Below are positions 1 through 11,750 of a stretch of DNA of 64,000 bases, piece after piece; position 1 is the stretch's first letter; every line of letters begins with the position of its first letter. The DNA is from Amphiscolops sp. MND2022 (Eukaryota). The stretch spans positions 21,266,001-21,330,000 of the forward strand of contig OZ076412.1 of NCBI GenBank assembly GCA_964187785.1, read 5' to 3'. The position numbers and the translations under genes are program-made. The notes below the pieces were generated by a model, which did no database searches, had not been told where the DNA came from, and saw nothing but the letters and a program-made list of their open reading frames with translations.

Positions 1-882
1 GGAGATATTCAAAGAGGAAAAAAATTAAGTGAGGAAAATTTACGAGTAGGGGAGATAAAATGAAAATACGGTCGTTAAAACTATAATGAAGGAAACTTCA
101 TGCAAAAAATCTGCCTGATTTGTAGCGCTGGGGACCAAATAAGCCACTGATAACAGGAACTACAATCGAGCCAGATAAAAGTATGTTTCTCCTCGTTGAT
201 TGCCTGATAGGTCCCAAAAAGCTACAAATTAAGCTGATGGCGGAATTATGGAATTATTCGGATAGGAATTAACCGGAGTTTATGGACTTACCCTCCGATA
301 GAAGGGGGATCATGCCTTTTCTCGGATGGTTGTTGCTCCGTGAACGGTCGGCGTTCAAAGGAAGGGGCCGGCACTCGACTCGGAAGTTTCGAGTGCAGTT
401 CTGGGACCTCGGGTCTAAAGGTATCCAGTCGACACCACATCTTCACGTGGAGATAGTAACGTAGTGCGCTATGTCATCTTAAATTTGAATAACGTAAGAT
501 AACGAAACCAAAAACAAAAATTTTCAGCATTGTGCAGTGAAAATTTCAACACTACAAGTTAAGAAAAATGCTATTGATGCAAAAGTCTTTGCAATCCTGT
601 TTTTGATCAGAATCATTTCTCAAAAAAATCATGTCCTTTTAAAGACACATGCGGATGTTGCAACACGATAAGAGAGTTTTTTCTTGGTTTGAAAAGGTTT
701 ATCTTTGTTTTGAACCGCGTTTCTTGAATTAATTCACAAATAAAATTTAAAAATTAGAGATTTCTTCCAATGGAGCCCGCCCCGAGTAGAAACCGCAATT
801 TGGTTTTGTATTAGACGCCGCAGTCTTTGTCATTGTTGAAATCGTGAAAACATCAGGAAGACGAGGAAGGACGCGTCATCAG

Positions 883-1280
883 TAGGGCAACCAAAAATGG
901 CAAAAGGGCAATAGGGGCAAAAAGGGCAGAAATGCGGGTCAAGGGCAAAAAGTTTAATAAAAGGCAAAAAAGGCAAAATACATTGAATCTTGTACTTTTT
1001 CGTATATAATCACCCCTTTTCTGAGAAATACGAGTCGCCCCGAGTTTGTGTACAGGCATATGCGAGAAATTTTTCTCAGAAATAACCTAGCAAACTCAAC
1101 AAGATGCTAGCCAAGGACCGTAATTTTGATGTTACAAATATCGAGAATTATATTTGCATTTATTGTAACATTTCACTTTAATAAATGAATTTGACTTTTT
1201 TGTTAAATCCTCGCTTTCAAACACGTGCCGATAAAGGGCAAAATTTTAAAAAATATAAAGGGCAAATTGCGGTTGCCCTA
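883..1280. mobile_element. hAT-type MITE (398 bp)
   Basis: TIRs tagggcaacc / ggttgcccta; exact 8 bp TSD gtcatcag at 875-882 and 1281-1288; subterminal aagggcaaaa repeats. Confidence 0.85.
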
Positions 1281-2137
1281 GTCATCAGCTTCGTTGACTG
1301 TTTATATTGGATGTTTGAGAAACATGACAACCGCGTATAGACACCAAAAAAAAACTGTTTACCGACTCGCCCCCTCTGCAATATTTAGAACACTGTCAAC
1401 CTAGCAATCTGCGCTTTCGATGTGCACGATCCTTATTCAATTATCTTTGCAATTAATGAAAGGAGAGCAAAAACACGGAAAAATTTGGAAAAAGTATCAT
1501 ACAAACGCTTATATTTGGCTCCATTGACTGATTTGGCAAAACGAACTTTCAAAACTTCAGATTCAAATTCTTCAAAAAATAATTAGAAATATGGAGCACA
1601 GACATCGTCAGATTAAAACAAAGTTTTCCTCCATGTTTTGCGATACTGTGTTGGTTTTAACTAATTCACCTTTTTTGGATCCGGGCAGTACTAAAGACAA
1701 GCACGAACACCAACTCCCCAAACCCCCCACGCCTCACATCCCTGTATATTGAGCGTTTTCAAGTCAGTGAAATGGCTGAAATTGCGAAAAGCATTGGTGA
1801 ACAACTCCATATCAATTCTTACCAATTAAACATTTTTTAAAAATTTTACCTAATTATTCACTAAAATATTTGGAAAGAATTCCTAAAATTTTTCTTGATA
1901 CAGGATTGGCATTTCTGATACGAGTTTCAATTGATATGAGTTGACGCTTTTTGAATTTGATATCTTGTCAGACGGGAGCGGATCACTCACTATGCAGACG
2001 GTTCACTGATTCTCAACGTGTGATGAAATTCATTCTCATAGCGCGGTTAAATTCATTCGCAAATTTGATCGGACAAAGCTACATTCCAAATAATAGTACA
2101 TGTAGAGCGAAACAGCAGCAATCGAGAATTTCGATAC

Positions 2138-2293
2138 CGTAGTCAGCTATGGTCACATACATCTAGTGACCTAAATGCAGGAGCGAAGCGAAGCGGAGCG
2201 ACGTGTCACTAATAGTCCTGCGGCTGGTTTTGACGAAGGCCGACCAGGAGTGGCGCGAAGCGCCGCAGTAGGAGGAGGGCCAAGTCATACAAT
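2138..2293 (+). repeat. Divergent copy of the GCGAAGC-rich core cassette, no TIR shell recognised
   Basis: cgtagtcagctatggtcacatac...ctaaatgcaggagcgaagcgaagcggagcgacgtg matches the core at 32847, 43301 and 47665; the middle differs and carries the hairpin ggcgc-gaa-gcgcc (2252-2264). Confidence 0.7.
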
Positions 2294-2429
2294 AAAACAA
2301 AACAAGACGCTCACTGACCAGAGAGGTGTTTTCCTCCCCAAAATGTTCTACAACATAAATTTGGTGCTCAAGAGTAGCCAATGCACTATGAAAATGCAAA
2401 GATGTTCTGACAAAATATTCGATTCATCT

Positions 2430-5070
2430 TAGCCAATTTTTAAAAACAAAAAATATAAACACGCTAAGTACCAAAATCCTAAAGTTTTGTTGTTGAACAA
2501 TGTGGATACCAACCAGTACCTAACCTACAAAACTTTCTAATTTTAGTCGACAATTCTATATAAAAAAGAGCCCAACTTTTACAGTCAAAAAAGACTTTTT
2601 GAGAGAGATTCGAGAGCGACGAAATTTTTGTTCTATACCAGGGAAACCTGGGAATACCTGGGAAACGCATCTAAATTATCGCAAAGGGTCCGTCTCCCAT
2701 TCTTTACTTTTTAAACGAAACATACAAAACCAGACGAGACGAAAAGGTCACGCTATCTATTTTTTCACCCACTTCACCAAAAACATCAATATTTGGATAT
2801 TTTGATATTTTCGACATTTTGGGGACATTTTGAGGAACTTTTCCCACAAGAAACTACAATAGTCTCTTCGAAAAAGGCTACTGTATACCAAGTTCAGTCG
2901 TTGTTGAATGTTTAAACCAATCTAACACAGGAAATAGCTCGAAAATTTTACAAAAAAGTGCATAAAACAGTCAAAAACTTTTCACTTCTGCGTCATTCTG
3001 AGGTTTTTTTCCTTCGTCTCGAAGGTGTACTGCATAGCTAGTGATTTTGCTGGGAGCTTATTGAATATGAAAGATTTGACAGATATAATCGAAAAAATTT
3101 GACGTTTTCGAGTGAGGTTTTTGAAGAATTTTCGCAATATTTGTCGGATATTTTTTGAGACACAAACGACACACACGTTCCAATCCAATCATGAGCTCAT
3201 GGATTTTCTGGTTAAAGGGAACATTCGTAAAAGTTCCAAAATTGGGACTATGGTGTTAAAAATTCAGAAAATTTGGACATTTCATCAAATTCGAAAACAT
3301 TTATCCCACTTGCTTTCAAAAAGTGCGTTCTAAGTATTTTATTCCAAACGTTCAAGTTGATAATGGACGAAAAAAGTGCGGATTGAGCAGCGAAAATTGG
3401 GATTAATTTGCTAAAAATCGTACTTCGCTGTCATTTTTTGGATTTCGGTGTTTTTGAGGCCAATTCTAACAACAAGCCGGGAACGGCCCAAGTCGGCGCC
3501 ATATCTGAGGCTCAAAAAGACTCGAAAACCACTTTTTCTACAGCTGGAGACAACAAAAGCTCTCAAAAAACTAAAAATTGAGAAAAAAATTCCGAATTTT
3601 TTTTGATTTTTTCTTCGAAGTTTCCGGTAAGTCGCATAGTGCCGAAAAATGTAAAAGGAGGGACGCTTTTTATCTCATGTTAGACGCTTTGGATGCGTTG
3701 AAAATGAAGTACTAAGTACATATGGTAAAAATTGGTAAACGTGCATTAATTGCTTTAATGCACAAAAGGTGGAGGTTACGCGTTGAACTGACGAAAAAAA
3801 ACTAGCCACTGTAAGAGTCGGGGTTTTCTTCGAAAACGCCGACTAATAAATTGCTGTAATGTCTTCAAAAGACGCCTACTGCATACCTGGATTAGACGTT
3901 AGTGAGTGTTTAAACATTGTACGCAAGAGAATAGTTCAAAAACTACTGAAAAAATCAAAAAACTTGAAAAGTTGGACTTTTTTTGCTCATTTTGGGTCTC
4001 ATTTGGGCTCATTTTGAGGTACCTTTTTACAATTAAACAGCAACTTTCTCTTTAATAAGCGTGTTGCGAACCTAACTACTATTTGGAGCTCGTTGAAGCT
4101 TTTTTCGAGAAGAAAAAAATCCTGAAAATGTCAAAAATCGTTTTTGAGATTTTCGACTTTCCGCGGAGGATTTTGAGACATTTTTTAAACAGAAGCCTGC
4201 AATAATGTCCGACGAAAAAGCCTACTGCGTAACGAATTTAATCGTTGTTGAATGTTTTTAATATCCTGACTCATTATACTGACACAAAGATGAAAAATTT
4301 TTTCGATTTTTCGACTCATTGGAGTCATTCAGAAGTGTTTTCTAAGCTTAATGCTGCAACGTTCTCTTCAAAAAATGTACTGTAAAACTATTTTTTATAC
4401 TGAGCATTTTGGAGTTTTTAATCCATGAAATCTCTCGAAAAAACGACAAAAACGCGAATTTTTTTGGATTTTTCGAGATTTTCTTTCCTGATTTCTGGCA
4501 TTTTTCTGAAATAAATTGTAATTATCTCTTGACAAAAGCCTACTGGACAAGAAATTCTTTTAATTAGTTTTAACCTTCTAATCCACGAAGTCCATCCAAA
4601 AATTGACAAAATTCGATAAAAGTGGTGAGAATTGGGAAATTTTTGACATTTTCGGAATCAAATTTTTCATTTGGAAAACTGTATTTATTCCTTTACTGAG
4701 CCTATTGGACAACGAATTCTTTCCTTGTTGACCCTTTTCAACATTCTAATCCACAAAGTCTGATCCACAAACAATTGACAAAAATTGCATACAAACGGTA
4801 AAAATCAAGAAAATTTGGAGTTTTTGTCATTTCTGGGGACATTTTTCGTAGAAAAATTTCATTTATCTCCTCATAAAAGACTACTGGACAACCAATTCTT
4901 ACCTGGCTGAACGTGTCCAACGTCCTAATCCACGAAGTCTGTTGAAAACTTGACAAGAATTGTATAAAAACGTTAAAAATTGAGACACTCTGGAATTTTT
5001 TTTGGTTATTTTGTGTCATTCTGGGGCCATTTTGGTCATACCCAGAAAAGTCCAAAAATCTCTACAAATA
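2430..5070. repeat. Old degenerate repeat family with ~160-180 bp subunits
   Basis: Recurrent motif ctactg..caa.aatt...cgttgttgaa.gt.t....ctaatccacga near 2880, 3875, 4222, 4540, 4700 and 4880; related sequence near 38560-39000 and 47470-47600. Boundaries approximate. Confidence 0.5.
3471..3846 (-). mobile_element. Helentron/HINE-like non-autonomous element, copy 1 (short, diverged)
   Basis: Terminal aacaagccgggaacggcccaagtcggcgcc (hairpin plus subTIR) and a distal inverted subTIR cgccgact. Confidence 0.65.
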
Positions 5071-5448
5071 CCTATCACACGAAGCTATATTTATGTGTTG
5101 AATTCTATGGGTGAAGCGAGGTATTTTCCGCCCCCAACTGCTCTACTACGACATAATTTTGAGGCGCAAAAATAGCCAATTAAAAATGAGAAAAATATTC
5201 CAAACATTGAGCAAATCATTAGAAAAAAAGCAAAAATACAAGCGTTTAAAACAGTGTTTTAAACAACCCCTGTTTAAAACATGCCAACTCTGCTCGGTCT
5301 AGTGTTGAAATAATTGAAGCAATTATATCTAGAAAAACTTCAAATAAATTAGGCAAAACTCTGAAAGCTTCCACGTTTACTGACAATTTCCAACAGCAGA
5401 TTAACAGACTCCTTCATACCCTTTCGAGCATTCAGGAGGTGATCGATA

Positions 5449-6209
5449 CAGTACTGTGATTAAGAAATCGTCCCCCGTTCTCAACCAATTAAAATTGTTT
5501 ATTTGCTCTCACTTCCACTTTTGATGGGCGCATCAAGTGAAATTCATGTATATTCAAGACATTTTACCTTGATCATTTTTGAAATCAAATTACATCCATG
5601 CATTCAGCTGATTTGTGGGAGTTAACTGAGCATAAAACGTGCCAAAAAACTGTGGATAAAGCAGTCAAAATTAAGACAAACGTCAAAAAGTCTCGGAAAT
5701 AGCTATTTTCAACTTTCTCAATTTTTGTCTCGGAAATTTAGAAAAAAAATTAAAATATATTAGATGAAATTCTAAGAAACTTTTTTTCTGATGTCTTTCA
5801 AACTTTTCAACCGATTTCGAGAAAATCCAGCCTATAATCGCCCGGGCAATTATTTCTGAATCACAGTCATAGTCTTCACACCGCTAGTTAACGATTTAGC
5901 GAATTAGCGGCCGCGCAGGAACTTTTCAGCAATATCATTAACGATTGCATCATTAACGATATCATTAAAGGTAAGAGTTAGAATTTCGAAATTTTAACTC
6001 TCACCTTTATAAAAACCGACACAGTGTAAAATATTTCATTTTTTTCTTTCAGTCTAAATTGAGTTATCATTAAATTTTAAAATATACCTAAAATCAAATA
6101 TATTTGATAGTTTGGAGAAAATTTTTTTTAGCGAAATAGTGAATTTGAAATTAGCCGTTTAGCGATTAACGAAAAAAATAGCGATGTTAAAACCATGATC
6201 ACAGTACTG
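5449..6209. mobile_element. Tc1/mariner-type MITE
   Basis: TA TSDs at 5447-48 and 6210-11; TIR cagtactgtgatt(a/c)agaaat, ~21 bp with 1 mismatch, is restored once the nested insert at 5868-6197 is removed. Confidence 0.75.
5868..6197. mobile_element. hAT-type MITE nested in the right TIR of the Tc1-type MITE
   Basis: Exact 8 bp TSD atcacagt at 5860-67 and 6198-6205; imperfect TIRs catagtcttcacaccgcta / tagcgatgttaaaaccatg; subterminal ttagcg repeats. Confidence 0.75.
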
Positions 6210-7816
6210 TACTTGTACTTGCTATGTTGCTATAAGATTGCGATGTTCCTTCTGCAGTGTACAGGGTGGCTATTTCAGGGAAGCAAAATTATTAGTTTCC
6301 AAGAAAATGAAAGGCAGAGAAAAAAGTGATATCATGGTTTCACAAGAAAAGATGGTCCTCAAAGATGCTACTCTTCAGTCATGTAAAACGGAAAGGGTTC
6401 TCAAGTTTTAGTTAGTTCGCAGAGTTAATACCTCCAGGTTACAGAGAAACATTTTGACGTAGGTTATTGTGATTAAAGGGATTGAATGGGGGTAAAATGA
6501 GATGAGAGAAATGGGTTGTTTGAACAAGACCAAGCTTGACGCCGATGGATGCTTGTACTCAGGGGATCTAAATAAGACGATACATCCCCGCCCCACAAAA
6601 AGGAAGCGAAATGTTATTTATTGATACAAGAAAAACGATGACGAATTTCTCAATGAGAAGGCAGTTTTGTCAAAGATGCATATCATTGCTTATCCCCCAT
6701 ACAAATTCCTGTTCGCCATATCCTTACAAGTAATTCGCTACTTTTTCGAGGTGTAAACGTTTTTGTTTGCAAAAACTTCGTCTAATTTCACTTCTTGAAA
6801 TTCTCACGACGAGAATAGGATCCCAAAAGGACCTCTCTCTCTTTCTCTTATTTGGATCCCCAAAATGACAAAGTTATGGGGCAGTAGAAGTTCTGAATCT
6901 GTTTCCTTGGCAGTTGATTGTTATTGTTACAAAGAAATTGACTGTTAGCCAAAAGCTTGCTAGCTCAAAAAGCGGCCTTTCGATGAGGTGAAAAACTTCG
7001 CCGATTTCTTCAATGAAAAAAGTTTTTTGGGGGGAAATGGAGAAGGAATGCAAAAAATTACAAAATGAACCTCTTAATTCAATTCAGCCAGAAAACATCC
7101 AATTAGGCTTTAATTGAACAGTATGAAGGGAACAATGAAAAAATTCTTGCAAGTTGACAGTCAGGGAATTTGAAATTTCATCGAAATGATGAAAAAATGG
7201 CATTTTGATGTTGAAAAAATTGTTTTAAAAAATCGTACGATATCTAACACTCCTTCGGCAAAAATTGTTGATTGTACGAACTTACATTGCGGCAAACAAA
7301 TGAAGACACTCAATACGAAAGACTTTTGAAAACATTTGACATTCTGAAAACAGAAAATCCAAATTTGTTGCTTTTAACAAAGTAGCCCTTTATCAATAAA
7401 AAATTCTTCGGAAACCCGAAAGTCTAAGCGACCATCACAAGTAATGGCATTGCTTGTCGTCCCAGAGATCCCGAAGAAAAAGTTAACCGAAAATTTAAGA
7501 CACCAAAAAACGGCAATCTCCGGATATTCCGCGAAAAACGAAAAAAAAACATGAAGTATGCAGCAAGCTAACACTTACAATCAGCCTCACAACCACGAGT
7601 GATGTTAAGAAACGACACACAGAAAAATTTTACAGCTCCTGTTCTTTTCATCAAACCACTCTACACATAAAAGATTTCCCGTCAAAAAATGATCATTATT
7701 TTCAGAATTACACATGTTAATGAGCGATTAAAACAATCTGACTCTAAAAGCATCTCGAGAAAAAGGGTAGCGTTTATACTAAACCAAATCGCACCAAGTT
7801 CAAAGCATGAACGTTG

Positions 7817-7913
7817 AGAAAATTTTTAAAGAACTCGAAAATAAAACCAGGCTCTTGAAAGGTTCAACCTTTCAAGAGCCTGGTTTTATTTTCGAGTTCT
7901 TTAAAAATTTTCT
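7817..7913. repeat. Perfect palindrome with 48 bp arms and a 1 nt centre
   Basis: agaaaatttttaaagaactcgaaaataaaaccaggctcttgaaaggtt, then c, then its exact reverse complement. Confidence 0.97.
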
Positions 7914-8060
7914 TTCGTATTAATTTATTGGAAAAAATATCCTGTATTAACGAAGCTGTCACTAATCTTCGAACCCTTTCTGTAAGTTACAGAAAGGGTT
8001 CGAAGATTAGTGACAGCTTCGTTAATACAGGATATTTTTTGCAATAAATTAATACGAAAG
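7912..8060. repeat. Near-perfect palindrome with 74 bp arms and a 1 nt centre
   Basis: ctttcgtatt...ctttctgtaa, then g, then ttacagaaag...aatacgaaag; 1 mismatch; overlaps the previous palindrome by 2 bp (ct). Confidence 0.97.
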
Positions 8061-8195
8061 TCTGTGAATCAAAATCAATTCAAGAGGTTACTTTGGAACC
8101 AAGGAACAGGGAGCTTTGTCAACGGCTGAACGAATGCGTTCTGTGTTTTCGTCCCATGGGTGACACGAAAATCATAACATCGCCCCAGCTCCATG

Positions 8196-8293
8196 TTATA
8201 CAAAATTCGATTATAACGGAAAAACTGCCATGTTACCGCGTTTTTAAATGCGGTAACGTGGCAGTTTTTCCGTTATAATCGAATTTTGTATAA
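8196..8293. repeat. Near-perfect palindrome with 48 bp arms and a 2 nt loop
   Basis: ttatacaaaattcgattataacggaaaaactgccatgttaccgcgttt, then tt, then the reverse complement with 2 transition mismatches. Confidence 0.95.
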
Positions 8294-9039
8294 AACACCG
8301 CCGCTGAAAAAGGTCTGAGTACCTTCACGTGAGAACATCCATTCACAAGCTGATTAGACCGTTTAGGTTTTTACAGGTCGACACGGGAACTGTCTCAAAA
8401 TCGTGAAACTACATGAACAGTTGTTCTGAACTGTAACACTGAGTTCTATTTTCATATAGCAAACCTTGAAACGAGAATTTGAGGAAGAACTTCTGTGAAG
8501 TAATTAGGCGCGGAAAACTTTTCAAGATATGCATATAAATGAGTAAATCAATTGTAGGGCAAATTAGCCGAAACCCAATCCATTTTTAATGTCATTGAAT
8601 CCAGCGCCAGATAACGAGCAAGATGAATGAAGTGATCAAAATATAAATAGTTTGGTGAAACGCTGGGTAGCAAGAAGTCGAGTAATAGCGATGAAAAAAT
8701 CAAGATTCCACTGCTTTGATTGAGACTAGATCCAAAGCTGTTGACGTTAAGCGATAATAATTTATCCGAGAAACAACCGAGGATGCAAGCCGGGTGCAGA
8801 ATACCTGAAAAAAAAACAAACTTCATGAATACGTTCTTGTTGACCATAAGTAAGAAAAATTATGTTCTACAAAGATACGTGTAATACTGCGATTCGAACA
8901 TACGTATTTTGACATGAACTTGACACATGCTTCTATCCAACAAATACAGGAATGACAAGTAAAACAAATTCATTTTATATTTACCCCGAACATTACTTAT
9001 TTTTAAGAGCATCCACGAAAACCTAACATTAACCCTCAA

Positions 9040-9230
9040 CACGGAGACCACTTTTAGACATACAGAAAAAGATTTTCGCTGCACATCTGTAAGCATGGAG
9101 AAACAAAAAAAATGCTATTTTTGCGATGACACATTTGGCAATATTTCCTTTTTCACTGAAAATAGAAGCTGTAGATCCGGAAAAAGCGTTCGAGGAGATC
9201 TGGAGGTCCAGTGGAAAATACTTCAATCTT
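9040..9230 (+). pseudogene. Fossil coding fragment of unknown family, inverted paralog of 11490-11670 and 13830-14010
   Basis: Reads RHTEKDFRCTSVSMEKQK-AIFAMTHLAIFPFSLKIEAVDPEKAFEEIWRSSGKY with one frameshift in an A-run; aligns to minus-strand ORFs 11411-11722 and 13749-14060 with several synonymous third-position changes. Confidence 0.45.
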
Positions 9231-9483
9231 GTATCCGAACTGAAAGACTTCACACCCAGAAGTCTTCATTTCCTTTCATATTGAACATAACTGATAGCGT
9301 TTCCGGAAACAACGAATAGGGAACTGAAGAGGATCGTGTTTTTACAAGGGATTCTTGATTGATGCTGAGGATTTTGCGACTTAAGATTTAGACTCAAAAC
9401 AAAGTCTTGGGAAAAAACGCTTTCAGAATGCACGAAGTATTCCGTTCGAGCTGATATCTCCTCGATATCGCTCTTAGCCGGGA

Positions 9484-9885
9484 ACTGCTTGGAGTTGAGT
9501 TAGTACGGTACGGGTGGAACAGGACCTTCCGATCGTTCCTAAACAGCTCTTCAAAGTTCAAACTTCTGTACCAATCGTACTGTACAAAAGTCCACTCCAA
9601 GCAAGTTAATGTCTTGCGCCATTCAGCGCCGAGCCGGATTAGAAACTGGTCCCACCCCTCGGTCTGCACTTGCTTGGAGGTGATTTGGTACGGTTCGACT
9701 GGTACAGAAATTTGAAAATTCATAAGAAAAACGATTAGAAACGTCTGTACCGACCGTACCGTACTAACTAAACTCCGATCAGGTAGAGGCTTTGCACCAT
9801 TCAGCGCAGAGCACAGACCGGAAACCGGTCCTCGCTCTTTGCCCGCGCCTGCTTGGAGTTGAGTTAGTACGGTACGGTTGTTACA
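9484..9885. repeat. ~182 bp tandem repeat (2.2 units), each unit internally palindromic
   Basis: Units start at ~9484, 9667 and 9849 with gcttggag.t.a.tt.gtacggt.cg; the reverse complement of this module recurs inside each unit; spacer motif gc.ccattcagcgc.gagc at 9616 and 9794. Confidence 0.8.
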
Positions 9886-10124
9886 GAGTTCTGAAAACTG
9901 CCGATCTGAACAAAAACAATTTGAAGTCTCGAAAGAACCTCGGCTTCCACCCAAAAGCATTTGTGACTGTCACAACTGTTTCGACGTAATTCGGCTCATG
10001 ATCAATTGCCTCGGGAGCTACTCTTCGAGAGTTGCTTCGAGATAAACGAGTGAGACGGCAATTTGTCGTTGAAGAATCCAATCAAGCCCGAAGCAGTCAC
10101 TTTAAGACTTCAGAAAGTAAAAGG

Positions 10125-10184
10125 TTCCAAAGGTTAGTGTTCCAAAGGTTAGTGTTCCAAAGGTTAGTGTTCCAAAGGAAAGTG
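10125..10184. repeat. 15 bp minisatellite (ttccaaaggttagtg) x4
   Basis: Three exact copies and one variant copy. Confidence 0.95.
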
Positions 10185-11410
10185 TTACCAAGAAAGACAC
10201 TTTCTCTGCAACTCTGTTCATTATCTCATTTACTCTTTATTTTAGTGCATGTCCACGCCAGCATTCAGCTGTTTCGAGAAAAAACAATTGTGAGTGAGTT
10301 TTCTCCTCTTCGTCTTCATTCAAACATGACAACAGCACCGAGAACTCAAGTTCTTCTCAACAGAACAACCACGGCACTCCCAGTTTAACCACTGTATTCG
10401 TACAAAACGATCGCTTTATACAAGTCTGTTGAATGTCGTATTTAGCTGCAAGATCGATAACTCAGACCATCAATTATTCCAGCTGCTTACATTGCTTGAT
10501 TTTGTCAGTTCGTATCACTTTCAAAGGACAATAAGAATGTTCAATAAATTCTGGGATAATACTGACTATTGAGCTGATCAAAAAATTAAATTCAACTCGA
10601 ATTGCACGCTTGTTATTTATACCCGGCTCAGTTTTTTCAGTTCAGGTCATTATGCTTTATTCGTGTCAGTTATGATGTTGCTCAATAAGAGCTCACAACA
10701 ACTTCAATTGTATTCAATCGTTTCCACAACCTAACAGTGACCACAACCTAACAGTTGTGAGAGACTACTATACTTTTCTGGACTGTCTTCGTCTTCTCAG
10801 ATTCGGGTAGGTTGTCAAAAAAGAGCTGTTTCTTACTGGCAAGCAATTTGTTTTCCGTCTCAAGCTCCGACAGAGCTGCAGAGCACTTTCCGGGTCGCAC
10901 GACATTTCCGTTGTACTGACTCAAAGATCAGCTGGAACATATATAAACAAATCTTTCGACTGTTTTCTCCAGAGGAAACGTTTTTGTGTTGCGAGTCTCA
11001 ATCTTCATGCACAAAATCCCCAGCACCAATTACGAAGCCCTTGGGAACACTCTTTCCGGAACTTCGATATGAAAAAGCGAAAGCTTGAAGTAGTTAAGAT
11101 TTATTTGCAAGCAAGCTAGATTCTTCACGGGATGAAATGTTTTAGATAGAATATAACATCAAATGATCGGATAAACACTTGTTTTTCTGTCGTATAAGGT
11201 ATTCCGGAAAGCCTTTCAGTAAAGATCAATATGTAACCTAACAAACGCTCAAAATTGGTTACATTCAACGCGGATCGAATTCTTCCTTGAGTCATAATGC
11301 GAAAACGCTTTCTGTAAAGTTCAGTTTTCTTAAACAAATGCTCGAAACTGTTAGGATTTCAAAGAAGACACATTCATCCTGCTGTGGATTGTTTTAGTTC
11401 GTATTTCCCA

Positions 11411-11722
11411 TCACAGTTCGGGTGTCGAGCATTTTTCTGTTATATACATTATTTCAGACAACGCTATCAAAAGACTTGTGTTGTATACAAAGGAGTATTT
11501 GCCAGTGGACCTCCAGATCTCCTCGAACGCTATTTCCGGATATACATCTTCTATTTTCAGTGAAAACGAAAATATTGCAAAATTTGCCATCGCAAAAATG
11601 GCAGTTTTTTGCTTTTCCATAGTTACAGATGTACACCGAAGATCTTTTTCGGTATGTCTAAGACTACATTGACTCCCGCTCTTGTTAGATTTCGGTGCAT
11701 TCATAATAAAGTCTCCAAACAT
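11411..11722 (-). pseudogene. Fossil ORF fragment, 103 aa, unknown family
   Basis: Open in both duplicated copies; homologous to the plus-strand fragment at 9040-9230. Confidence 0.35.
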
Positions 11723-11750
11723 TGGTCTTCATTAACAGAACGTCACATTT

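Noticed and set aside
6480-6600. KLDADGCLYSGDL resembling the adenylate-forming enzyme motif DGWLHTGD
   Set aside because: Short single motif, nearby stops, and no GR.K continuation; cannot be supported without a profile search.
7807-8278. Removing the palindromic insert restores a reading frame
   Set aside because: It needs an arbitrary choice of one central base (one-in-three chance) and a stop remains; not evidence.
10032-10388. ORF with FQRLV repeats
   Set aside because: It is the translation of a 15 bp minisatellite.
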